This document shows, piece by piece, positions 56,305-64,000 of a stretch of 64,000 nucleotides of DNA; within the stretch, counting starts at the first letter, position 1, and each line of letters begins with the position of its first letter. This DNA comes from Barthelona sp. PCE (taxonomy: Eukaryota). Location of the stretch: assembly GCA_040285745.1 (NCBI GenBank), contig JAUFOR010000004.1:1054001-1118000 (forward strand), written 5' to 3'. The notes under the pieces are model-generated. The model saw nothing but the letters and a program-made list of their open reading frames with translations, made no database searches and had not been told where the DNA came from. The translations under genes and the position numbers were made by a program.

Positions 56305-57306
56305 TTAGTCAAGGTGAGATTGTTTCAGGGACTCGGCTAACAACTCCTTTGCAGCATGCATCGAGTGTGAGCACAATGAGGTGTTCAAAAAACGTTCACC
56401 ATCAGCACAAAGAATACCCACAACCAACTTACCTTCTCTTGCTCTCGGTCTTTTTGCAATATTTGAACAAGCATGGAGGACAGCGCCGCCACTGGCAGAC
56501 GGGAATATACCCTCTATCATTGCAAAGTCACGAGCTGCAAGAATGGCTTGACGAGTAGAAACCTGAAAGACTTCATCAATATTCTCAACTCTTAATAAAG
56601 GGGGAAAAAAGGAGGGGCCCAGTCCAGGAATAGAATGAACACCGGGGCATCCTCCAGAAATTACAGGAGATTCAGCAGGTTCAACCACAATTATGTCAAC
56701 ATTAGGATCAACTCTTTTAAAAAATGCTGCAATTCCACTGGCTGTTCCTGCAGTACCTGACCCCACAACAATGGCATCTATCATACCCTGTTCCTCACCC
56801 ACAGCTCTCCATATCTCTGTTGCTGTTGTGGCAAAAAAGGATTCACTATTAGAATTATTATGGAACTGATCAAGGTGATAACAGTTCTTATTGTTCATCA
56901 TGTACTCAGACAGCGCATCTTGTGCCCCCTGCATGCCTAATACACCTCTAGAAAGTTTGACGATAGCACCATATGAAAGAAGCAACGTTAAGTGGTCTAT
57001 ATTAACTGAATCTGGCATAAAGAGTACAAGTCGGATGCCTTTAGAGGCACACACCGAGGAAAGAGAGATGCCAAAACAACCAGCAGTTGCTTCTACAACT
57101 GTTGTGATACCTGGTAATATTTTTCCCTCATCCATTGCCTTTTCGATCATGAAAAGGGCAGATCTATCCTTGTTTGAATGACATGGATTCAATTGCTCCA
57201 TTTTAACTACAATTGGTGCATGACAATTATGATGTTCCTGATATCGAGTAACTCGAACCAGTGGTGTGTCGAGTTTGATTGTTTCTGAAAGCCCGTCCAA
57301 TATCAT
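56305..57306 (-). CDS. cysK: Cysteine synthase (O-acetylserine thiol-lyase, CysK-like, PLP-dependent)
   Basis: TPLVR, KMEQLNPCHSNKDR (PLP lysine), DQFHN, GSGTAGT, VVEPAESPV..PGVHSIPGLG..F, EGI..SGG, DGERFL. Confidence 0.88.
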   Translation of the reverse strand: MILDGLSETIKLDTPLVRVTRYQEHHNCHAPIVVKMEQLNPCHSNKDRSALFMIEKAMDEGKILPGITTVVEATAGCFGISLSSVCASKGIRLVLFMPDSVNIDHLTLLLSYGAIVKLSRGVLGMQGAQDALSEYMMNNKNCYHLDQFHNNSNSESFFATTATEIWRAVGEEQGMIDAIVVGSGTAGTASGIAAFFKRVDPNVDIIVVEPAESPVISGGCPGVHSIPGLGPSFFPPLLRVENIDEVFQVSTRQAILAARDFAMIEGIFPSASGGAVLHACSNIAKRPRAREGKLVVGILCADGERFLNTSLCSHSMHAAKELLAESLKQSHLD

Positions 57307-57355
57307 AAGTCAAAAAAAGTGACGAAAAAGTAGAAAAAAAAGCAAACGCTTTTTA

Positions 57356-58447
57356 CTATGAATAAAATGCCTTAGTACGAACACTGAACCCTTTTTTATC
57401 GTTCTTATTCGCCATAACAATAGCTTTCATTGATGGATAAGGCTTTGATGTTACAGGACGTGCAGTTAAATGTCTTGGAGAATCTCTTGCAGATTTTCTG
57501 TTCGATTTTCGAGCACTCCTAGCACTTCTCTGCTGTGCCCTCGACACCTTTAACTCAGCTAACTTCTGTGGATCAAGCTGTAATCCTTTAACTTGGGCAG
57601 ACTGAGCTCTCTTCTTTCTTCTAGACCTCAATCTATCAGATTTGGACATCGAATAGTGGGCAGGCTCTGAGTGTACAGTTGCACCCGATAATAACTCAAT
57701 AGGGAATAAATTTGAAGGTGTTAATGAAGAATACAGTTGCTCTGAAGAAACATTTTGTACAGGTCGTTGTCTTCTACTAAATTTTGTATTTTTGTAGAAC
57801 CTATGCTCGCTTTGTGTCGTTTCCATTTGTTTTTTAGGTACTTTTTTTTCTTCTACAATTAATGGTTTCGGCTTTTCTAATTGTACTGGTTTAGGAGAAT
57901 TTAAATTCGTAAATGATGTATCTTCTGAATGTTTTTTAATCTCAGCATCATACTTTGGTGATAAAGGAATGGGTTTGTTAATGATTTTTTCTTCATTAGG
58001 TTGTATTCTAAATTTGGGTATTGTCATGGGTACAAAAATTGGTTTGTCATCATATTTCTTTTCATTATAAAGCGCAAGTCTCTTCATTTCAGCCTTTCTC
58101 TTGCGCACCAACTGCTTCCTACTTGTTACAGGCTGTGTTTCATCAAATTCTATGGTAGCTTTTTCTATTTGACGTTCTGTCAAGCATTGTGGAGGAATAG
58201 CGAGTGGATCCGAGTCTGGGGAAGAAGGCCTGAACCTTTCAATCCATTGTGGGTACTCTTTATGCATCTTATCAACTGTAATTTTTGCTTTTGTTCCTTC
58301 TTTCTTTTCTAACTTAGATATATCGATTGTTGGTACCCTGTCTTGGTGGTAGTGCTTTAAAAGCTCCTTTTGAGAACGAAAACGAGGAGAGAAGTCCCAA
58401 TCGTAACCATCAACTAGCCCCTTGTCAATCATAGCTTGTCTATTCAT
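57356..58447 (-). CDS. Hypothetical basic, low-complexity protein (363 aa)
   Basis: ATG-initiated long ORF filling the gap between neighbours; no domain recognised. Confidence 0.65.
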   Translation of the reverse strand: MNRQAMIDKGLVDGYDWDFSPRFRSQKELLKHYHQDRVPTIDISKLEKKEGTKAKITVDKMHKEYPQWIERFRPSSPDSDPLAIPPQCLTERQIEKATIEFDETQPVTSRKQLVRKRKAEMKRLALYNEKKYDDKPIFVPMTIPKFRIQPNEEKIINKPIPLSPKYDAEIKKHSEDTSFTNLNSPKPVQLEKPKPLIVEEKKVPKKQMETTQSEHRFYKNTKFSRRQRPVQNVSSEQLYSSLTPSNLFPIELLSGATVHSEPAHYSMSKSDRLRSRRKKRAQSAQVKGLQLDPQKLAELKVSRAQQRSARSARKSNRKSARDSPRHLTARPVTSKPYPSMKAIVMANKNDKKGFSVRTKAFYS

Positions 58448-58553
58448 GGTTATGTGTGTGTGCCTTGGAGGCGATGCGTTTAGCGTGGAAAGATTGAGGT
58501 TGAAAAGTTGAAAACAATTGTTCTGCTCTTTCCATTTTCAAAATTTGCTTCTT

Positions 58554-59432
58554 ATGTCTTCCAACTCACCATTTGCACAAATAGATAACGGGCATTCAGG
58601 AACAGACGGGGAAATCCAGCAACCATCAACCGAAGATATTGGTCAAGCTATCTCTGAAGAATTTTCAGTTAAGGATATTAAATTGAGGTCTTATCGCAAT
58701 TTTCCGCGGATAGACACTCCTAAGCAGATTGCGGGAGGTTTTGAACAGTTACAATTGCTTATTGATACCAAATATGGTGAATCGATAAAACTCTATAATG
58801 AATGTCGTAAAATAACGGATAAATTCAGAAGGGAAACATTGGAACACATTCAAAATATTGAAAAAGAGAATTTGGAACTAAAAACTAGGATAAATGAACT
58901 GACTAGAGAAAATGCTGAACGTGAAGAAAAAATGGCCTTTGACGTTCAACAACTACAAGAAACCAATGAAACAGTCCAGAAGACACTAGAACAAAGGTTT
59001 ATAAGTGTTATGGAAGATCAAAATGCTAGATTAACCCATTTAAAGTCTGAGAATCAAGAATTGTTTCAGAAATACAAGACAGAAAAACAATCAAACACTT
59101 GTTTTAAGAATATGTTTAAGGCAATGGGTATTGACATATCTTTATTTGCAGAAGAAAAAGAAGAATCACAAGACGAGGAAAAGAAAAAAATTATTGCTCG
59201 TTTAAATGTTCCTTTAGAAACCGGTAAATATACTTTTGAATTAAAGAAATTCCCTAGCGTTGCTCCAGATGAAGATACACTGAATGAAATGGTTGTTTTT
59301 GCACCTATTGGTGGGAAAGTTAATAGTGAAGAACTGGCAAACCCAAATATTATTCCTTATGGTTCTTTACCTTCTTTGTTCAATGAGATCTTCTCATTCT
59401 ATTTCACAGAGGACGATGTAAACATTAATTAG
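58554..59432 (+). CDS. Coiled-coil plus RWD-like protein, Csm1/Pcs1/TITAN9 (monopolin)-like
   Basis: Central coiled coil, then MFKAMGIDI..GKYTFEL..VVFAP..LPSLFNEI, the layout of a kinetochore RWD domain. Likely start MSSNSP at 58554. Confidence 0.5.
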   Translation: MSSNSPFAQIDNGHSGTDGEIQQPSTEDIGQAISEEFSVKDIKLRSYRNFPRIDTPKQIAGGFEQLQLLIDTKYGESIKLYNECRKITDKFRRETLEHIQNIEKENLELKTRINELTRENAEREEKMAFDVQQLQETNETVQKTLEQRFISVMEDQNARLTHLKSENQELFQKYKTEKQSNTCFKNMFKAMGIDISLFAEEKEESQDEEKKKIIARLNVPLETGKYTFELKKFPSVAPDEDTLNEMVVFAPIGGKVNSEELANPNIIPYGSLPSLFNEIFSFYFTEDDVNIN

Positions 59433-59805
59433 TTAATCCAAGAGCTTTTTCAAGAGTATTTGCGTACTGATCTATTATTACTGCTTCATCACCAATAGAT
59501 TTTGTCAACAATGAAGGGTTGTTCTCTCCCTCAAAACTTGTGTTTGTCCCATTAAGTAGCTCTAAAACTTCATTTAGAAAACCTACAGATAGCCAAGGTG
59601 TCGTTTGCGCATTTGGAGTCTTTTCTTTCAAAGCATCAAGGTGTTTTGAGAGCATGCTGACTCTCTCGTGTACACCATCAATGTTAAATCTCCCAGATTC
59701 TGTTTGTTTGTAAAGCTGTGCAATATTTGGTAACATACCACGATTTCTGTTAACAAAGAAGTCGATAATTCGCTTCAGATATGTTTTAAAAGGGTCCTGC
59801 TGCAT
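59425..59805 (-). CDS. Hypothetical helical protein (126 aa); weak resemblance to Mediator Med10
   Basis: ATG-initiated ORF whose end overlaps the neighbouring gene's end by 8 bp. Similarity (VHERVSMLSKHLDAL..NEVLELLNG.N) is weak. Confidence 0.5.
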   Translation of the reverse strand: MQQDPFKTYLKRIIDFFVNRNRGMLPNIAQLYKQTESGRFNIDGVHERVSMLSKHLDALKEKTPNAQTTPWLSVGFLNEVLELLNGTNTSFEGENNPSLLTKSIGDEAVIIDQYANTLEKALGLTN

Positions 59806-59868
59806 TAAAAAATATACAGCTTTTTTAAAGAAAGAGATATGAACAAAAACAAACAGAAATGATTAATT

Positions 59869-60855
59869 TTACTCTTCAGTTTTTTGAGACTTTTCACCCT
59901 CTTCCTGAACCTTTCTCTTTCTAGCTCTGATTAAAATCTTCTTCCAATAGTTGATCTCTTCTTCTCCTTCAAGGATTTCCAAAACCAAATCATCACTTAA
60001 ATCACTCTTGTGCTCATCGGTGATGTCACTAAGCATACGTTTGGGAGCGTCAAGGTCGTACTGACTGAAACGATAGATAACAGAATTGTTTTCTGCAGTG
60101 AAATCGACAAAGCGTACATCACCATAGCTCTTAGGAACGGTATTCAGAGTAGAACGGCTGATACCAGGACGGAGGTTGCTTGCCCTGACCAAGAGACCAA
60201 GAACTACCTCGACTTCAACATTATTAGGGTTATCAAACTCAGCCTCTTTGTCGGTGTTTTTGTACTTCTTTGTTTTCTGTTGCTTGCTAGCTCTCTTTGC
60301 TTCGCGACGCTGCTTCTTTTCTTCTCTCTTGCGTTGCATATAGACTACACGTGATTCAAGCTTAACTTCTTCATCAAAATCGGGGAATGTGACGGTTTGC
60401 TCAAGGACGGAGTTGGCAAGCTCTTCACTCTCAAATTCAACGAAACAGGCATCGGCAATCTCGTTTCTGATACGGGCACGGACACTAAGGACGTTACCGT
60501 ACTGAGCAAAGTGTACCTTAAGGGATTCTATGGTTGAGGTAGCGGGAACGGGTTTAACACGGATGGAACGACGGAAGATCACATCAGGGGCGGGGATAAC
60601 ACCGTTCTTACGGGAAATACGGGTCTTATCTTCAGAAACTTGAACAATTTCACTGTCAGCGATGGATTCGGTGATTTCCTCAATGGTAGTATCTAAGGCC
60701 TTGATACGGGGGAAACGGAGGAGTAGGGAGATGTCCATAGAGTTATCATTGGAAGATCTGAGTTGGTCCTTGAGCCACTTGTCAAATACAACGTTTGAGT
60801 CGCTGAAGTAGAAGTCTACCTGGTTACGGATGCTTTCCTTGCGGTTTTCTGTCAT
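59869..60855 (-). CDS. SSB: La autoantigen homologue (La motif + RRM + second RRM)
   Basis: IRNQVDFYFSDSNVVFDKWL..LLRFPRIKAL..VQVSEDKTRISR; FAQYGNVLSVR..CFVEFES; YGDVRFVDF..LEGEEEINYW. Confidence 0.9.
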   Translation of the reverse strand: MTENRKESIRNQVDFYFSDSNVVFDKWLKDQLRSSNDNSMDISLLLRFPRIKALDTTIEEITESIADSEIVQVSEDKTRISRKNGVIPAPDVIFRRSIRVKPVPATSTIESLKVHFAQYGNVLSVRARIRNEIADACFVEFESEELANSVLEQTVTFPDFDEEVKLESRVVYMQRKREEKKQRREAKRASKQQKTKKYKNTDKEAEFDNPNNVEVEVVLGLLVRASNLRPGISRSTLNTVPKSYGDVRFVDFTAENNSVIYRFSQYDLDAPKRMLSDITDEHKSDLSDDLVLEILEGEEEINYWKKILIRARKRKVQEEGEKSQKTEE

Positions 60856-61245
60856 GTTTTAAATGCTTGAAAAGGTATAAAAAAGAGAAAGTACTTGGTT
60901 ACAATTCCTTAACATTAGGTATTGTGAATGGTGCTTTTTCGATAAATAAAGTCACATATACTGAGTGAAGAATGTGAATAGTAAGAAATTGGTGTGATGC
61001 TAGATTTTTTGACACTTTAAGGATTTGTCATAACAACAAACTTTTTGTGTGGGTTATTAATAAAAATAACCCTGAAAAAGGCTCCTAAATTTATTTTTAG
61101 CGTTCTAACGAAAACCTGTGATAGAAAGATGATGAATTGAAATTTCAGCAACAGTTTGCGGTGTAAATCCTTAAAAATATTTCTAATCACATCCCAAAAC
61201 GTGCAGAAACGTTAAAAGAACGTATTCAAGTTTATATCCGTTTCC

Positions 61246-62307
61246 ATGGACAGTAGTGAGTTAAATCTGGACGCCTTGTGTCTTGATTATCTTCACAACC
61301 GGGGATACAGCACGCAAGAACTTGCACAGGAAATGAGACTGCAAGTACCATCATTTGCACCATTTACGCACGAGCAAACAGAGCTAGAATCATACATTTG
61401 GCGGTCATTGGAGTACCTCCAAACGGGAGAGGCACAAACGCAACTTGAAACAACCATGTCAAATCTGCAAGAAGTTTTTACAGATTCAGACTTCCCTGTT
61501 CAATCAGATAATCCTCTTAAGGAGGTGAAATCCAGCGCACTTCTACCATCCACGTGCTCATCAGTCCTTATACACAATGAGAACGAGATATATGTAGGTT
61601 GTGAGCATATTTACAAAAGCGAGCCTTCACTTTTATCGCTCATGTCAGTTTCACCTGTTGAGATCGGGGCCATGGCGAACGCAGGCGACCTGGTGACATT
61701 CTCAGTTGGTCCTAAAGTTCATTTCATGCGAAACGATAACATCATCAATTCCATATCTTTACATCTTTCACCTGTCGTTGAGATGATCACAGCAGGACCC
61801 ACCCACCAGTATGCAGTGTCCTGTGCACAGAATGACCCTCTTGCAGTAGTTTGGGACTATGGAACAGCATCACCATTGCACTCAATTTCGTTAGACAGTC
61901 AATGTACAAGTTTGGCAAGTAATGGTCATTTGGTAGTCTGTACAACTGATAAGAGCACGACATTATGGGATTTGAGGATCAGGAGACCCTTCTTTGTGAT
62001 CAAATCACCAGGAATCTCTTCAGCATGTAATGCACAATATTTGACTTTGGGTACTGAAGACGAGATAACTTTTGTTGATGTAAGACAACCTGGTACCGTT
62101 GCACATCTTTCTATCCCCAATTTGACACCAAGGATGTTAAGAACAGATGGGAAACATACTTATGGAGCGAGTAATGATAATGAGTTGTTTTGCCTTCGGG
62201 GAACACGTATCATTTCCAGGATACGGTTAGGTAATTCAGTTAACGCAATGCATTGTAATGCTGGGCTGTTTTCAGTAGCTTGTGATAATGAGTTGTATTT
62301 GTTCTAA
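61246..62307 (+). CDS. LisH plus WD40-repeat protein
   Basis: SSELNLDALCLDYLHNRGY (LisH-like); VVWD, TDKSTTLWDLR, FVDVR WD-like repeats. Confidence 0.7.
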   Translation: MDSSELNLDALCLDYLHNRGYSTQELAQEMRLQVPSFAPFTHEQTELESYIWRSLEYLQTGEAQTQLETTMSNLQEVFTDSDFPVQSDNPLKEVKSSALLPSTCSSVLIHNENEIYVGCEHIYKSEPSLLSLMSVSPVEIGAMANAGDLVTFSVGPKVHFMRNDNIINSISLHLSPVVEMITAGPTHQYAVSCAQNDPLAVVWDYGTASPLHSISLDSQCTSLASNGHLVVCTTDKSTTLWDLRIRRPFFVIKSPGISSACNAQYLTLGTEDEITFVDVRQPGTVAHLSIPNLTPRMLRTDGKHTYGASNDNELFCLRGTRIISRIRLGNSVNAMHCNAGLFSVACDNELYLF

Positions 62308-62342
62308 GCTTGTGTGTTTGTAAATTGTATGAATTTTTTTTT

Positions 62343-62978
62343 TTATTTCTTGCTGAATAATTCATGTTCATTGAAAATTAAAGCACCAGTACCTTCAATG
62401 AATTCACGTGTGTTAACTTTGATCTTCAAATCTACTTCACCACCACCCATAAAAAATGAACTATGTGGTATATCCAAGACCTTTTGATCAATAATTATTG
62501 GAACAGGTTGTCGCATGCCGAATACTGTATGTGCATTGAATTGATATCCAGTAAGTTCAGCGGCTGTCTCAGGTTCTACTGCACGCAATTTAAAATTTGA
62601 TTTAACTGATCTATTAAAATTTCCTGGATGATAACCTATGAAGTTACGCAATTGTTGTGTGTTTAACTTTGATGTGTATTGAGTGATTACAGCGTAGTAT
62701 CTGCACCAGTGGGGATGTTCCATGAAGTCTTCATCTCCATTATATAAAACGTTTTCGAAAAACAAGGTTTTGCACAATTGCACTTCAGATTGTGCCTTTA
62801 ACGATTCTTTACGCCATGAGTATGGCATGTTGTAGTATATGCTGGGGACTCTGTACAAACGGGCACTTGGAACCTTTGCTTTTGCGTCCTGGATAGCTCG
62901 AAGACCATCTCCGTTAATAATGTATTCCAAATCTTCAATTCGTTGATCAATGGTGGATTCTCGTACTGGATCAGTCAT
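62343..62978 (-). CDS. YbaK/ProX (aminoacyl-tRNA deacylase)-like protein
   Basis: RVPSIYY..QLCKTLFFEN; YYAVITQY; ELTGYQFNAHTVFGM..PIIID..FFMGGGEVDLK. Confidence 0.82.
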   Translation of the reverse strand: MTDPVRESTIDQRIEDLEYIINGDGLRAIQDAKAKVPSARLYRVPSIYYNMPYSWRKESLKAQSEVQLCKTLFFENVLYNGDEDFMEHPHWCRYYAVITQYTSKLNTQQLRNFIGYHPGNFNRSVKSNFKLRAVEPETAAELTGYQFNAHTVFGMRQPVPIIIDQKVLDIPHSSFFMGGGEVDLKIKVNTREFIEGTGALIFNEHELFSKK

Positions 62979-63297
62979 TACAGTGGTTAAAAACTTAGTG
63001 AAAGAGGTGATTTGTGTAATTTCAAGAAGGTAATGGGTAGAGTTTTTTGTGTTCTAGTCACATGCTTCAGCCCCTTCTAAATGATGTGTTCTCCACAATA
63101 CTGAACGAAATTTTAATATTTATTCAAAAAAGTACTCTTTTTTTTGAATGTTTTGTTATTGTACAGATTTAAGGTACATTTTTGTTGAATGTTCCAGATA
63201 AAGTTATTATACTATGATTAGAAGTGTGTGTATACGCAATGTATATTATGCATACGTTTTTTTCATTCTTACCCATATCACAGATTATTCAACAAAA

Positions 63298-64000
63298 ATG
63301 ACGTTTAGGGGTCAGTCAATGAATATTTCAGACCTCATATCTCATTGTAACAAAATATTGCAGGCAGATCTGTCGACAACATCACACTTTGCTGATGGTG
63401 TAGCATTAACACAACTCCTGGACTCAGTAGTGTGGATGCGCGGTGATAAAACTTTGATGCGTCTGCGTGTTCCATGTCAGAGCGATCAGCATCGTCGACG
63501 TAACTTCATGCAGCTTTTCTCTTTGATGATGGCTCTTGATATTAAAGCACCATCAGTTGAAGTCGACGACTTAGTGTCTCATTCTAAGCAGAAGAAGGCA
63601 ATTCCACTCTTGGGTAGTATTTTGTTAAAATTTGCAGTCCAGCATCAGCATAACGTCTTTTATCCTGCATTGCAGCGCCGTATGGAGCTGTATCAGAAGC
63701 GAAAGGCCACATTGCCGACCTGTTTTGTGCCAAACGATCCATCTATGACTGAATTGGCAGCTAGTAATCTGGAAAACGGCATAACAACTGATGAACTACG
63801 AGAAGAAGCCATCAACCGTTTCACTCGTGATGTTGAAGAGTCTCTTTCTGAAGAGTATGAGTCTGAAGAGGAAGTTGTTGTTGTGCCGAGGAATGTAATC
63901 AATTCACCGGATAAGATTGCTACACCTGTTAGCACAGAACTCAAACCACCACACAACCCTCAACAGAATGAGATATCACCCCACAGCGCCCTATCCAAGC
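63298..64000 (+). CDS. Calponin-homology (CH) domain protein, 3'-truncated by the window; absent from the ORF track
   Basis: Frame open from ATG 63298: ..DLSTTSHFADGVALTQLLDSV..HRRRNFMQLFSLM..VEVDDLV..KAIPLLGSILLKF. Confidence 0.7.
   Translation, partial: MTFRGQSMNISDLISHCNKILQADLSTTSHFADGVALTQLLDSVVWMRGDKTLMRLRVPCQSDQHRRRNFMQLFSLMMALDIKAPSVEVDDLVSHSKQKKAIPLLGSILLKFAVQHQHNVFYPALQRRMELYQKRKATLPTCFVPNDPSMTELAASNLENGITTDELREEAINRFTRDVEESLSEEYESEEEVVVVPRNVINSPDKIATPVSTELKPPHNPQQNEISPHSALSK

Noticed and set aside
63214-63283. Possible upstream mini-exon and 60-nt intron (GTGTGT..CACAG) for the CH-domain gene
   Set aside because: In frame, but lacks GTATG and the fixed branch motif; a one-in-three chance match.
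1-64000. CRISPR arrays, rRNA/tRNA genes, telomeric repeats, alternative genetic code
   Set aside because: None seen by eye. Conserved genes translate full length in the standard code and end in TAA or TAG. A tRNA could have been missed without tRNAscan-SE.

Overview
Gene-dense, intron-poor eukaryotic nuclear DNA in the standard genetic code. It comes from a flagellated protist (DRC3, CEP44, CEP104, CEP41). The intron signals and compactness resemble metamonads, but that is inference and I cannot name the organism. The window holds about 30 protein genes: the 3' part of a giant surface/membrane protein, a TRAF/MATH-like protein, DDX46/Prp5, SMC4, DRC3, a 34-aa OST4 missed by the ORF track, CEP44, an MLF-like protein, a 4-TM twin-CX8C protein, CEP104, CEP41, a Lys/Ser-rich NPF protein, RPL5, NIF3, NEMF, RPS26, ZNF598, a DENN protein, a TOG-like/TACC protein, a kinesin, DDI1, a DUF4485 protein, V-ATPase A, a small-Tim-like protein, cysteine synthase, a Csm1-like protein, La, a WD40 protein, a YbaK-like protein and a CH-domain gene running off the end. 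Highlights: (1) Three distinct spliceosomal introns share a fixed 12-nt branch-point/3' splice motif. The two longer ones fold into long stems that bring them back to roughly the 41 nt of the short one. (2) A 1522-bp hAT-type transposon has perfect 124-bp TIRs, an 8-bp TSD and a compact frameshifted transposase. (3) A ~2.98-kb tandem duplication creates a truncated CEP104. (4) An abrupt AT-rich to GC-rich switch occurs inside the giant ORF. (5) A small-Tim-like protein lacks the twin CX3C cysteines, and the V-ATPase A lacks all three conserved cysteines. All homology calls come from motif recognition by eye, not database searches.
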